The notes under the pieces: model-generated
Databases searched by the model: none
Told to the model about the DNA's origin: nothing
What the model saw: the letters and a program-made list of their open reading frames with translations, nothing else
Source of the DNA: a virus
Taxonomy: Duplodnaviria > Heunggongvirae > Uroviricota > Caudoviricetes
Virus record (IMG/VR): IMGVR_UViG_2563366977_000001
Coordinates: 1 to 64,000 of that record
Length of the DNA stretch: 64,000 nucleotides
Direction: 5' to 3' (one strand)
Position numbers and translations under genes: made by a program
In this document: piece after piece, positions 48,708 through 58,378 of the stretch
How positions within the stretch are numbered: position 1 is the stretch's first letter
Layout of the letters: each line of letters opens with the position of its first letter

Positions 48708-49237
48708 AAGAAGGATTTAAAGATAATTCAGGTGCAGCGCAAAACACTGGAGAAATCATTGAGGCATTTAATGGGGAGGAAATGCCCACTTTATTCAGAA
48801 AAGAATATCCGCGAAAGAGTAGAGCAATAGAATTGCTGTTTATCATTCTGTTTTTCGTGTTGCTGATACCAATAGCCTCAATATTAGTGACTGTTCTAAT
48901 GGGGAAAGTATTTGAACCGTTAGTTGAACTGTATATCGATATAGTGTGGACCCCATTCAGGAAGCTACACAATAAAATTAACCCACATAAGGAAACAGAT
49001 ATGGCAACTTTGAAAAAAGAAGATCGTTTTACCAAAAAACAAATCGCCGAGGCAAAAATCCTCGATAACAACGGAACCTACTTCATCAACGGTTCCATTC
49101 TTCCAGTTTATATCAATGAGGATGGAGACACTTACCTTATTGAAGAGTACGAAAAAGGCGAGCCGAGCGAACACCTCATTAAAGATTTGTTCGCGGATGG
49201 CGTTATTGTTGCGGTTAATCCAATCGGATACAACTGA
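48704..49237 (+). CDS. membrane protein of unknown function
   Basis: 177 aa with one strong transmembrane helix (LLFIILFFVLLIPIASILVTVLM). Confidence 0.3.
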   Translation: MKEGFKDNSGAAQNTGEIIEAFNGEEMPTLFRKEYPRKSRAIELLFIILFFVLLIPIASILVTVLMGKVFEPLVELYIDIVWTPFRKLHNKINPHKETDMATLKKEDRFTKKQIAEAKILDNNGTYFINGSILPVYINEDGDTYLIEEYEKGEPSEHLIKDLFADGVIVAVNPIGYN

Positions 49238-49247
49238 GGCATAATTT

Positions 49248-49994
49248 ATGACCACTTTAACCGACAAAGAACTGATTAAAGAAATCAAAGAGCGCATAGG
49301 CAGTCTGGACGTGCGAGACAATATTGAGCGCCGTGCTTATGAAATTGCGCTGGCATCTCTGGAAGCAGAGCCAGTTGGTGATTTTTATGAATACAAACCG
49401 GGTGACTGGTATCAGCGTTCGGTCGGGGATAAAGCACCAAAGTGGGTGCCGTTATATGCCACTCCGCCAGTTCCGGAATTGCAGGCTGATGTCGCACAAG
49501 CAATTGAAAATCTCAAGCAGAAGTTAGTGGAATGCAATCGCTATAACTACTGCGCAGATGCAGTTAAAGGCGTAGAGGATGCCTGCCGTGCTGTTAGCTA
49601 TAGCCAAGCCGACAATCAACCAGCATCTGGCAACCAGGCTGCCGAATCCAATCGCGGTAATGAGTGGACCGGCAATCCTGATATTGATAACGCCATCATC
49701 ATGCTCGACCGCATAGATACGCTGGAAAATTGCGATGATGACCGTATTGAGGGTGTTAAGGCTGTTTTGCGCAGACTGGCTGTCAACTATCCGGTAACTC
49801 CGGATGGTTGGATAAGCTGTAGTGAGCGAATGCCAGCTCAAGATGATTGGATTTTAATTTATTCAAAGCACGGTGAGTATATGGCAGGCCAGGTGCAAGG
49901 GGAATACGTGGAGTTGAGCGACGGCACTTTATCGTGGTTAGGGAACGCCTTGTTCTGGATGCTGCTACCAGAACCGCCCCAGGAGGCTGGTTAA
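49248..49994 (+). CDS. DUF551-like C-terminal domain protein
   Basis: C-terminus WISCSERMPAQDDWILIY...WMLLPEPPQ. Confidence 0.4.
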   Translation: MTTLTDKELIKEIKERIGSLDVRDNIERRAYEIALASLEAEPVGDFYEYKPGDWYQRSVGDKAPKWVPLYATPPVPELQADVAQAIENLKQKLVECNRYNYCADAVKGVEDACRAVSYSQADNQPASGNQAAESNRGNEWTGNPDIDNAIIMLDRIDTLENCDDDRIEGVKAVLRRLAVNYPVTPDGWISCSERMPAQDDWILIYSKHGEYMAGQVQGEYVELSDGTLSWLGNALFWMLLPEPPQEAG

Positions 49995-50266
49995 TGAGCT
50001 GGCCTGAAGCATTCGCAACGGTAGGAATTGCAATGGCGGTAGCACTGGTGGTGTATTCAATTTGCCGTTGGGGGTGATAAGTGAAATAGTGCGGGGTATC
50101 GTGCAGCCCCGCTGATTTGATTATTTTGTAGAGTTGCATAACAGCATCTGGCTTGAGTTTCTCCTCCATCTTGGATTATTATTACCGCCCCTATACTTAA
50201 CTGTAATAATAACTATCTGTTAAACCTGATAGTTATTATTTAATATTTAGTGTGATAGGAGGTTGT

Positions 50267-50566
50267 ATGGTTAAAGATAAAAAAGCTGAAGAACTTGAAA
50301 ATAAAGGGCTTTGGCGCAGAGCCGCGGCTCGCTGGCAAGATGTGCTGATGGATTATCTCCAGGATAATCAGACAGACCAGCGGATGTATATTCAGAGGCA
50401 AATTCAACGTTGCATTAAATCAGCCACATCAAAAAATGTAAGTTCAAGAGAAGTCACGACCTCAAGAGCATTACGCAATTCAGCAATACGCGTAGAGAAA
50501 GAAATGGGAATACATCGCAATCGCAAGGCTGCACATGATGAATTATATACCTATCGGGGTAGGTGA
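50267..50566 (+). CDS. PerC-family transcriptional regulator-like protein
   Basis: MVKDKKAEELENKGLWRRAAARWQDVL; AGGAGG Shine-Dalgarno; an inverted repeat (taataataactatc ... gatagttattatt) lies upstream. Confidence 0.4.
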   Translation: MVKDKKAEELENKGLWRRAAARWQDVLMDYLQDNQTDQRMYIQRQIQRCIKSATSKNVSSREVTTSRALRNSAIRVEKEMGIHRNRKAAHDELYTYRGR

Positions 50567-50812
50567 TTTAAATAATGTGATAGCGTTAAGAGAAATTTTA
50601 TAAATTGTTTATATGTGACGGGTTAATAGGGGTATTACAGACACTCTTGATAAGATAATAAATATTTAAAAGTCATTAACATCACCTATCAAAAATATGC
50701 ACGTTTTATTTCTACATCGTAATAGTGTACAGGTATATGATTCACCCATGCTGATGGAGCTTACCGTGGTGACTACACCTTGCAGCCAAAGGTGAATAAG
50801 ATATAAGGATTC

Positions 50813-51226
50813 TTGATGCACTGGCTGCGAGTAGCCTATAAGGCCGATACTAAGCCGGTAATTAACACCATCCTTGAAAAATATCATCTTGAAGCGGCAT
50901 TGATGACTAAGTCTGGCGATACTCTAGGCATGGTGAGCACAACGTTAGTTCATGAAATGGCTAAGGCTTTATTGCTGCTGGTGGCTGACAACATGAGGCG
51001 GACCATGCCAACGAAAGCTGAGTTACAGGCGCGCGTAGAGATTCTTGAAAAAGAGAATGCTAGCCTCAAAGGAATGCTGGCGCGGGCGGAAAGGGAAATT
51101 ATCAGGCAAATTATTGCCAGAGGAGCGACCACCAGCAGATATACCCGACCGAGTGTCCCGGTGGATGAAGTCTTTTTGTTTGTCGTGGGAGACTTTTTGG
51201 TGCTACGACCATCGCAGATGGTGTGA
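50813..51226 (+). CDS. hypothetical protein
   Basis: Track ORF, 137 aa, after an AT-rich intergenic region. Confidence 0.3.
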   Translation: MMHWLRVAYKADTKPVINTILEKYHLEAALMTKSGDTLGMVSTTLVHEMAKALLLLVADNMRRTMPTKAELQARVEILEKENASLKGMLARAEREIIRQIIARGATTSRYTRPSVPVDEVFLFVVGDFLVLRPSQMV

Positions 51227-51274
51227 TGAACTTGATAGCAGTTTCCCCTACTTTGCGGAAGGTAACACCTGCCC

Positions 51275-51625
51275 TCAATGCAGGGGATGAGATTTAACGA
51301 AATCGATCACCCTATCTTGAACTTCAGAAAGAAGGTCTTTTTCACGCGCCAGGACGTCCGGATATTGACGTTCTGGCCTCACCAGATGCCGAAGCTTCCC
51401 ATTAAGCAGGATGGCCTCAGAAAACACTTTTACGCTGTGCTTTATCCCCTCTGTTTCACTTTTCAGCGTCAAAATAAAGCGCAATTGCTTATTAGCCTGA
51501 TTCAGATTCAATACACGAATTTGCAGTTCGTCTATGCTGTTTCGCAATGGGATTGATGCCACCACACTGGTGCAGTCTCTGATTGTCTGAATTGAACGGC
51601 TAACATTGAGAACGTTATTGTGCAT
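51275..51625 (-). CDS. hypothetical protein
   Basis: Track ORF, 116 aa. Confidence 0.3.
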   Translation of the reverse strand: MHNNVLNVSRSIQTIRDCTSVVASIPLRNSIDELQIRVLNLNQANKQLRFILTLKSETEGIKHSVKVFSEAILLNGKLRHLVRPERQYPDVLAREKDLLSEVQDRVIDFVKSHPLH

Positions 51626-51657
51626 GTGCCTGATCCACTAACTCCGGGAGGTTTCTT

Positions 51658-51909
51658 GTGTCAGATCGAAATATAGCAGCTAAAAGCCAGGAAGAGCGAG
51701 ACAAGGTGAACGTAGACCTTGCCGCCAGCGGCGTTGCTTACAAAGAACGACTGAATATACCTGTGATTGCAGAGCAGGTGGCCCGTGAGCAACCGGAAAA
51801 CCTGCGCGCCTATTTCATGGAACGGCTACGGCACTACCGGCAGTTAAGCCTCCAGTTGCCAAAAGGGAGCGATCCGGTGTATCAGAACGAGGATGCACCA
51901 AAAAAATAA
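51658..51909 (+). CDS. hypothetical protein
   Basis: Track ORF, 83 aa. Confidence 0.3.
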   Translation: MSDRNIAAKSQEERDKVNVDLAASGVAYKERLNIPVIAEQVAREQPENLRAYFMERLRHYRQLSLQLPKGSDPVYQNEDAPKK

Positions 51910-52285
51910 CGGCAAGATGGGGGAGACATTAAACATGCTTAACTATCACGACAACACGCGTTCTATGCAGACAATCCGCACCAATACAGCGGTGGTCGAT
52001 AGCTTTCCTGTACATACTCAAGGCCGTGAAGATACCGTGGAAGTGCGACGCATGTTGTGTCGCCGGTCACCGGGCCACCAGCACTTCATCGTAACGTTTA
52101 AAAGCGATGTAGAGCGCGCCGAGAAAATCTCTAACTCCACATCTCTGGTTAAGCCGTTAGCGGAGGTTATTGTGCGCAACAATAAGGCGCGCTTTGTCCT
52201 TGAGGAGCATCATTCTGATTTTAATGAAAAAATCGAGTCAAGCATTTTGCAATATATGAATGGCACGTTCACGCCACCAATGTGA
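51893..52285 (+). CDS. hypothetical protein
   Basis: Track ORF, 130 aa, overlapping the previous ORF. Confidence 0.3.
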   Translation: MHQKNNGKMGETLNMLNYHDNTRSMQTIRTNTAVVDSFPVHTQGREDTVEVRRMLCRRSPGHQHFIVTFKSDVERAEKISNSTSLVKPLAEVIVRNNKARFVLEEHHSDFNEKIESSILQYMNGTFTPPM

Positions 52286-52346
52286 TTAGCCCCCAGCGTG
52301 GCGCGCGTACAAACCCCGCTTTCACAAACTATGCCTTTTCAATGTA

Positions 52347-52366
52347 TACTGTATGAATAAACAGTA
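52347..52366. promoter_or_regulatory. LexA (SOS) box upstream of humD
   Basis: tactgtatgaataaacagta matches CTGT-N8-ACAG with flanking TA; about 20 bp upstream of the humD start. Confidence 0.7.
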
Positions 52367-52384
52367 TTATTGAGGTAAAACGCT

Positions 52385-52774
52385 ATGGGCTTCCCTTCTC
52401 CTGCGGCGGATTATGCAGAGAGCCGTATTTCTCTTGATCAGCAACTAATCAGACATCCTTCTGCGACCTACTTCATGCGGGCGGCAGACAGCCATCACCG
52501 TGAGGGAATATTGCAAGGTGCTTTGCTGGTGGTTGATTCCTCACTTACTCCGGTTGATGGTTCACTGCTTATATGCGCTATGGAGGGTGAATATCGCATA
52601 AAGAGATACAGGAAGTATCCGCGCCAGCACATGGAGGATTTAAGCACCGGGAAGAAAGAGGCGTTACCAGTGGATGACGATGGATACACGGGCAGTAATG
52701 CTGTTTTTGGTGTGATCACCCACATTATCAATGACGCCAGGGGCGGTGAATTTGATGATAGTCCTGCTATATGA
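52385..52774 (+). CDS. humD: UmuD'-like SOS mutagenesis protein (P1 HumD homologue)
   Basis: FPSPAADYAESRISLDQQLIRHPSATYF..., colinear with E. coli UmuD minus its N-terminal 24 residues. Confidence 0.8.
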   Translation: MGFPSPAADYAESRISLDQQLIRHPSATYFMRAADSHHREGILQGALLVVDSSLTPVDGSLLICAMEGEYRIKRYRKYPRQHMEDLSTGKKEALPVDDDGYTGSNAVFGVITHIINDARGGEFDDSPAI

Positions 52775-52908
52775 TTTGTTTTCAGAGAAACCATAGAGAG
52801 GCATGACTGGACCTATATCGCCCTGGCCATTTAAATGATTCCTCCCATTAGACGCGGTTACTCACTTGAAGATAAGATGAGGTTATAATTCTCTTTTTAG
52901 GTACGCGA

Positions 52909-53331
52909 ATGAGTTCGTCTGCTTTTGTCACTGTTGTCACTGGAGTAAGCGTTTTTGTCCTAGGTCGACTCATCATCAAGGGGGTTGAGTCTTACATTTC
53001 ATTCAAGGAACAGTTGGGGGAAATATCGCATCTGTTATTGTCTAACCAAGCAAAGCTATCGAATCCCCGCTCTGACTTAAAACAAGAAATCATCCATGAT
53101 TTGAAAGATGCGGCAGCACAGTTACGGGTGAAGTACGAACTATTACCTTTCTATATCAAAATGTTACCCATCGGTTTTCGCCTTGTTCCATCAGAAACTG
53201 AAATTCGTAAAGCGGCGCAAGAATTGAATCTGATAGCCTCGATACATGATGGTAAAACCGGAGAGCTGCCATATGAGCACATAGCCAAGATTGGATTACT
53301 GCTCAGAATTCCAACCACTTATTCTGCTTAA
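52909..53331 (+). CDS. membrane-anchored hypothetical protein
   Basis: 140 aa with an N-terminal hydrophobic helix (AFVTVVTGVSVFVLGRLII). Confidence 0.3.
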   Translation: MSSSAFVTVVTGVSVFVLGRLIIKGVESYISFKEQLGEISHLLLSNQAKLSNPRSDLKQEIIHDLKDAAAQLRVKYELLPFYIKMLPIGFRLVPSETEIRKAAQELNLIASIHDGKTGELPYEHIAKIGLLLRIPTTYSA

Positions 53332-53439
53332 TCCCAGCAATTGCAAGACTGCATCTCGAGGATTTAAGGCACCAAGAAGTGGTATTCAGCATCATTAAAA
53401 CCTATAATTGCGTACACATAACGAGTACACGAGGTGTTT

Positions 53440-53661
53440 ATGCAATCCATTAACTTCCGTACCGCGCGCGGCAACCTTTCTGAAGTGCTCAACAATGTTG
53501 AAGCCGGGGAAGAGGTTGAAATCACCCGCAGAGGCCGTGAGCCAGCAGTAATTGTCAGCAAGGCTACTTTCGAAGCCTACAAAAAAGCGGCGCTGGATGC
53601 TGAATTTGCATCCCTGTTTGACACCCTGGACTCCACCAACAAGGAACTGGTTAACCGATAA
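53440..53661 (+). CDS. phd: Phd antitoxin (prevent host death)
   Basis: [39 protein letters not shown], as I recall P1 Phd; ATG at 53440 after GAGG. Confidence 0.9.
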   Translation: MQSINFRTARGNLSEVLNNVEAGEEVEITRRGREPAVIVSKATFEAYKKAALDAEFASLFDTLDSTNKELVNR

Positions 53662-54041
53662 TGAGGCATATATCACCGGAAGAACTTATTGCGCTTCATG
53701 ATGCGAATATAAACCGCTACGGCGGCCTGCCGGGAATGTCAGATCCGGGTAGGGCAGAGGCCATTATCGGGAGAGTTCAGGCCAGAGTTGCCTACGAAGA
53801 GATCACCGACCTTTTCGAAGTCTCCGCCACCTACCTGGTGGCTACAGCGAGAGGGCATATATTCAATGATGCCAATAAGCGTACCGCGCTAAACAGTGCG
53901 CTGCTATTTCTACGCCGTAACGGTATACAGGTATATGATTCTCCCGTGCTGGTGGAACTTGCGGTGGGGGCTGCAACTGGTGAAATCCCCGTATCTTCAG
54001 TAGCGGAAAAACTACGTGAACTATATGGTTCCAATATTTGA
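53661..54041 (+). CDS. doc: Doc toxin (death on curing, Fic fold)
   Basis: Overlaps the phd stop (ATGA); [11 protein letters not shown] Fic-like motif. Confidence 0.9.
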   Translation: MRHISPEELIALHDANINRYGGLPGMSDPGRAEAIIGRVQARVAYEEITDLFEVSATYLVATARGHIFNDANKRTALNSALLFLRRNGIQVYDSPVLVELAVGAATGEIPVSSVAEKLRELYGSNI

Positions 54042-54044
54042 AAA

Positions 54045-54070
54045 GAAGCCCGCTCAACCAAGCGGGCTTC
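54045..54070. terminator. bidirectional terminator hairpin between doc and the convergent gene
   Basis: gaagcccgctcaaccaagcgggcttc, with a T-run on the minus-strand side. Confidence 0.5.
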
Positions 54071-54121
54071 CTACTATCACTCAATGATTTTTTCTGCTGT
54101 CAGCCAGCTAATTTCTTGCTT

Positions 54122-54919
54122 TTAGGCGTCAGCATCAGCATCCTCTGCTTCCACATCTGCCGCGACTTCATCGGACTGTTCTTCTTTGGCCTGTTCTGCA
54201 ATCGCCGCACGGCATTTCGCCCTGGCTGTAGCGATGGCCTCAACTTTCACGTCATTAGGAATACTTGAGGTGACATACATATCCAGTTCTTCAGCACGGA
54301 ATACTGTTTTGTCCAGGAATTCATCAAGCATCCAGGTTAAGGAAAAGTCGCAGGAAATCAGCTCTACTTCGCCTTCCGCGCCGTTTGGGAAATGGATAAA
54401 CATCTGCTTGCCCAGGCCAAGCACGCGACAAGCAGCCATCATTACTGCAAGTTCCAGGTCTTTGTTTTCACCTGCTACTGGTTGATCCACACCAGTAATA
54501 GTGCCGTTCAAATGGATATTATATGGCTGATATTTAGAGATGCGTTCTACACGCCATGTGCCGGTTAAGGTTCCCTGGCGGAAGATTATTGGCGTGACCG
54601 AAAGCGACAGCTCTCGAATGAGTTGTTGCGCTATGGCTGGGTCATACAGGGGATCTAACGCGATGCATCCATAAGATTGCGCCAGTTCAAACAATTCTTC
54701 CTGTGTGCACTGAATGCCTCTTGCCGTAATAAAACGTCTGACTCCCGTTTTCCCATCACGCCAGATAGCAATGCCATTCTCACTATCTAACTCTTCGTCT
54801 AAGCCCAGGTATGTAAGGATGGTTCGCTCAATGGTAGCAAAGGGCAGGGACATATCATCGTTTACATCCACCAGCAGGCCATTACGCAGGCGATATTGAA
54901 TGTTTTTGGTATTTTCCAC
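54122..54919 (-). CDS. hypothetical protein with acidic C-terminal tail
   Basis: Track ORF, 265 aa. Confidence 0.3.
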   Translation of the reverse strand: MENTKNIQYRLRNGLLVDVNDDMSLPFATIERTILTYLGLDEELDSENGIAIWRDGKTGVRRFITARGIQCTQEELFELAQSYGCIALDPLYDPAIAQQLIRELSLSVTPIIFRQGTLTGTWRVERISKYQPYNIHLNGTITGVDQPVAGENKDLELAVMMAACRVLGLGKQMFIHFPNGAEGEVELISCDFSLTWMLDEFLDKTVFRAEELDMYVTSSIPNDVKVEAIATARAKCRAAIAEQAKEEQSDEVAADVEAEDADADA

Positions 54920-54925
54920 GTTAAA

Positions 54926-55561
54926 TCACTCCACAACAAACCAGTCACAGGCCAGTAAATCATCCACAGACGGCAACCAAACGCTGTCCATATTTTGTGC
55001 ATCTTTCAATACAAAATGGTCACCATAAGGAACGTGAATGCCGTGTAAATTGACGCTTCCAGCGAGAACTAACCAGCAGAATTGCTTTTCGCCTTTCCAC
55101 TCGCGTCGGGCAACTTTCTTGCCTTCCTTCAACCACATTAGCGCGTCAGAGAAGTCGGCTGCTTCAAGGTCGATTTCTTCTTGTGTGGTAATGATGCCAC
55201 CGGCAGCAATAGTTACGTCCCTGGCTGTAATGAATGTCACCCCATTGTGACCTTCAATGCTGAGCGATACCCCATTTTCGGAGGCGTCGTTAACCCGGCT
55301 ATAGCATTTTTCAAATGCTTTCTCTGGCACATAGACCAGATAGCCATTTTCAGCAGTGACGAGATATCCTCCTATTTGCGGTCGGAATTTTTCCAAGAAC
55401 ACACCATCAACACGAAGCGTCATTCCTTTTGGCTCAACGACTTCGATACTGCCAAAAATGGGCGCATAAGCTTCGCCGACAATAACAATATCTTTGATTT
55501 TCGATGCCCGAATGATGCTGTGGCATTTGTATTTGGGGAACACCTGAAAAGTGCTGACCAT
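54926..55561 (-). CDS. protein with C-terminal DUF2829-like (Tad2-like) domain
   Basis: C-terminal ...FSDALMWLKEGKKVARREW...WLPSVDDLLACDWFVVE matches the DUF2829 pattern as I recall it (F.EAL.ALK.GKKV.R..W ... DLLA.DWE.V). Confidence 0.45.
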   Translation of the reverse strand: MVSTFQVFPKYKCHSIIRASKIKDIVIVGEAYAPIFGSIEVVEPKGMTLRVDGVFLEKFRPQIGGYLVTAENGYLVYVPEKAFEKCYSRVNDASENGVSLSIEGHNGVTFITARDVTIAAGGIITTQEEIDLEAADFSDALMWLKEGKKVARREWKGEKQFCWLVLAGSVNLHGIHVPYGDHFVLKDAQNMDSVWLPSVDDLLACDWFVVE

Positions 55562-55575
55562 AATCCTTCCTCTAC

Positions 55576-56070
55576 TTAAAACTTTGCGTACTGAAGCGGT
55601 GTACGCTTGATTTCAACGCGGTCTTCCGATGTGCTACCAAAGCCACCAGCGCCTCGCTCTGTTTCATCGAGTTCATCAACTTCTACCAGCGATACCGGTT
55701 CAACACGCTCAAAAATGCCTTGCATGACCGCCATTCCTGGCTTGAGGCAAACGCCTTCACCACCGGGATCTGTAATCAGTTTTGCCATGATTTCACCGCG
55801 ATAATCGGAGTCGATAATTCCTACGCAGTTAGCCAGGCGCGTATGCTTTTTGCAGCCCAATCCGGAACGAGGATAAAGTTTCAGACACCAGCCAGGAGGG
55901 ATCGCCATAGCGAGGCCGGTATGCACCCACCAGCTTGAGGAAATAGCGCCGTTGCTATCGATACCCGGCGTTATTTCAACAGCAACAAAATCCATCGCCG
56001 CCGATCCGGCGGTGGCGTAAACGGGGAGTTTTGCCGCCGGATGAAGGCGTTTCACTTTCACGTTAATCAT
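55576..56070 (-). CDS. dut: dUTP diphosphatase (dUTPase)
   Basis: YATAGSAAMD, PRSGLG and GIIDSDYRGE motifs, colinear with E. coli Dut. Confidence 0.85.
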   Translation of the reverse strand: MINVKVKRLHPAAKLPVYATAGSAAMDFVAVEITPGIDSNGAISSSWWVHTGLAMAIPPGWCLKLYPRSGLGCKKHTRLANCVGIIDSDYRGEIMAKLITDPGGEGVCLKPGMAVMQGIFERVEPVSLVEVDELDETERGAGGFGSTSEDRVEIKRTPLQYAKF

Positions 56071-56555
56071 TGCTTTTTAGCTCTCCGGGTAAATGTATAA
56101 ATCCGGCGTTTGATATGCGGAGCGGTCGGAACGGAGACGCAGGTATTCTCGATAACACCTTGTTCCTCCAGCGATCGCACAGCACGCAAGAACTGTGATG
56201 CATCACCACCGCCAGACAGCCAGAATTTGCGGGCATAGACGCTGCCATTACGGATAATTTCTGCGATCACCCGCGCTTGCGTCTGGCTTTCTCGATAGCC
56301 AAAGAGTTCTCTTGCCTCTCCTTGTGGGATAGCCAACTGATAGCCTTTCCCGCTACGGTGACGAACAAAACCGTGAGCAATGAGGTTCTTCAGCTCATTT
56401 CTGGTGCGGATACACCCGTACTCAGGGAACTGTGTGTTGATATCACCAGGCTTATGCCATTCATCAGGACTATCAGCCAGGAGGGACAGAAGTTTCCCTG
56501 ACAGCTCAGGATTAGTGGTTGGATAACAGTTCAGGGATGGGTAGTAAGTTTTCAT
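56067..56555 (-). CDS. hypothetical protein
   Basis: Track ORF, 162 aa, overlapping neighbours by 4 nt. Confidence 0.3.
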   Translation of the reverse strand: MKTYYPSLNCYPTTNPELSGKLLSLLADSPDEWHKPGDINTQFPEYGCIRTRNELKNLIAHGFVRHRSGKGYQLAIPQGEARELFGYRESQTQARVIAEIIRNGSVYARKFWLSGGGDASQFLRAVRSLEEQGVIENTCVSVPTAPHIKRRIYTFTRRAKKQ

Positions 56556-56896
56556 TTGCGCCCCCTTGCCGGATAGCGCCCGGCATTCGCATCAGGGGCA
56601 ATGAAGCCGCTGGTGGGGCGAGTGAAAACATGGTTAATTTTCTCGGTCATAGCGCGATAATTTTCCTGATAGTGGGCCAGGAGTTTTTCAGCAGCAATGA
56701 CGGTTACTTTCCGGACGTAGCGTTCAGCTTCCTCCAGATTTCGCCAGTTTTTTTCGAGGGTAAATACGGGAACGGCATCAAGTCCGGTCATAACACCGAA
56801 CACCACGACCGCCTGGTCGCGCTTAACGCCCGCAGTGAAGGTTATGGTGTAACCGTCAACAGTGAAGCGTTTTGATTCCGTAATACGATTGTGCAA
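56552..56896 (-). CDS. hypothetical protein
   Basis: Track ORF, 114 aa; operator-like motif tgttagaaaat upstream at about 56954. Confidence 0.3.
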   Translation of the reverse strand: MHNRITESKRFTVDGYTITFTAGVKRDQAVVVFGVMTGLDAVPVFTLEKNWRNLEEAERYVRKVTVIAAEKLLAHYQENYRAMTEKINHVFTRPTSGFIAPDANAGRYPARGRK

Positions 56897-56968
56897 AGTA
56901 CCCTCCGCAATAGGCGAGGGTACTTTACATTAAAATGCACTGTCTAAAAAGATTGTTAGAAAATTAAT

Positions 56969-57997
56969 TTATGAATCCATCAGGCGACTATTTGCACCAA
57001 CGGATGCCCCGCTACGGCGCAAATATCGCATAAGTGTTTCGGGCTTTTTCCATGTGCCTTCCTGCATGATCTCGACCATTGACACCTGTTTCTCAGCCAT
57101 ATCAATTGCCGCACCAACACGCGCACTATGGCCTGTCCACGTCCGGTATCTTCCCTTGTTCGGCGTGGCATCTCGTTTGTTCAGCAACCCCCAGGCATCG
57201 CTGAATATTTTCTCCATTGCAGGTGCAGTAAGGGGCGTTGTCGTGATTCTGGCCTTATTACTGCGGTGTATTGGCGGGAATAGCACCGCGTCCGGATGTT
57301 CTCGAAGTCCGGACACCTCCAGCCAGTCGTTCAGTACGGCGGTAGTGTAACGAGAAAGCACCTTATCAAGTCCGGCGGCGGTCGTGATGGTCTTCGTGTG
57401 TGAAATATGCAGCGTTACAGTGTCACCTGTTTGGTCCAGATCTCCGACGCGGATGCGCGAGATTTCTGACATACGCATCAGGGTATTGTATGCCACGAAG
57501 AGAAACGCCCGATTGCGCAGGTCCACCAGCCGCTCGGAACGGGAAAGCAACACGTCGAGCAATTTCAGATCATCCCACCGCAACGGTATAGCCTGGCCTG
57601 TTCGCTCACCTTTTTCCGTTGCCGCTTCGCGCCGGATGCGCCGCATGGCCAGAGACACACTTTTATCGTCCGACAGCGGCGGGAGGCCACATTGCGAAAG
57701 CAGCATGTTAAGCATGGCATAGTGCTTATCAATGGTGGTCGAGGCCAGATCGGCCTCATGCAACTGGAGAAGATACTCGCGGGCCATTTCCGGCGTAATC
57801 GGGAACCAGGGGTGCTGGCGCGAATTACACCACCGCGCCCAGGAATGAAACACCAGACGGAGATCTCGAAGCGTATTTGGGGCATAAGCTCCCTGGTCGT
57901 TCATGAACTGCATAAAGTTTTTTGCAGCTTCCTGGTATTCGGTGCCTATATCGCGCAGAAAACCACCAGAACCGCCGGAGATAACTAGTTCACCCAT
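56969..57997 (-). CDS. dre: Cre-family tyrosine recombinase (Dre-like)
   Basis: Colinear with P1 Cre (WFPITPEMAREYLL, SVSLAMRRIRRE, FLFVAYNTLMRMSEISRIRVGDL, WTGHSARVGAAIDMA, catalytic-region pattern); N-terminus close to Dre as I recall it. Confidence 0.85.
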   Translation of the reverse strand: MGELVISGGSGGFLRDIGTEYQEAAKNFMQFMNDQGAYAPNTLRDLRLVFHSWARWCNSRQHPWFPITPEMAREYLLQLHEADLASTTIDKHYAMLNMLLSQCGLPPLSDDKSVSLAMRRIRREAATEKGERTGQAIPLRWDDLKLLDVLLSRSERLVDLRNRAFLFVAYNTLMRMSEISRIRVGDLDQTGDTVTLHISHTKTITTAAGLDKVLSRYTTAVLNDWLEVSGLREHPDAVLFPPIHRSNKARITTTPLTAPAMEKIFSDAWGLLNKRDATPNKGRYRTWTGHSARVGAAIDMAEKQVSMVEIMQEGTWKKPETLMRYLRRSGASVGANSRLMDS

Positions 57998-58149
57998 GAA
58001 ACTATTAAACCTCTATATACAGATAACGCTACGTGAAAAATAGAAAACTGACAGGGTAGTTATAAGTTAATTTTCAAAATTCAAGCCTTTGATTCGAGGC
58101 ATGATTTTTCATCCTTGTCAATACTACCTGTTTACTGGAGATTATAGCC

Positions 58150-58181
58150 TAACTTTAAATAATGCCAATTATTTAAAGTTA
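58150..58181. other. rox-like site-specific recombination site (14-bp inverted repeats, 4-bp spacer)
   Basis: taactttaaataat gcca attatttaaagtta, about 150 bp upstream of the recombinase start codon. Confidence 0.8.
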
Positions 58182-58378
58182 GAAATCAGGACTTTTTTCC
58201 CAAAAAAAACACCGACCAGATCACTTCGCAAATCCGTCAGCCATGCGGTAGCTGTTCCTGGTTACATTTTCTAATAGGAACAATCAAAAAAAAGCGGTTT
58301 TATCCTTTACTCACCTTGTTATTCAGCATAAATTTGTCACAGGACTTTTATGTTAGAAAACTAAATCGAGTAGGAATA

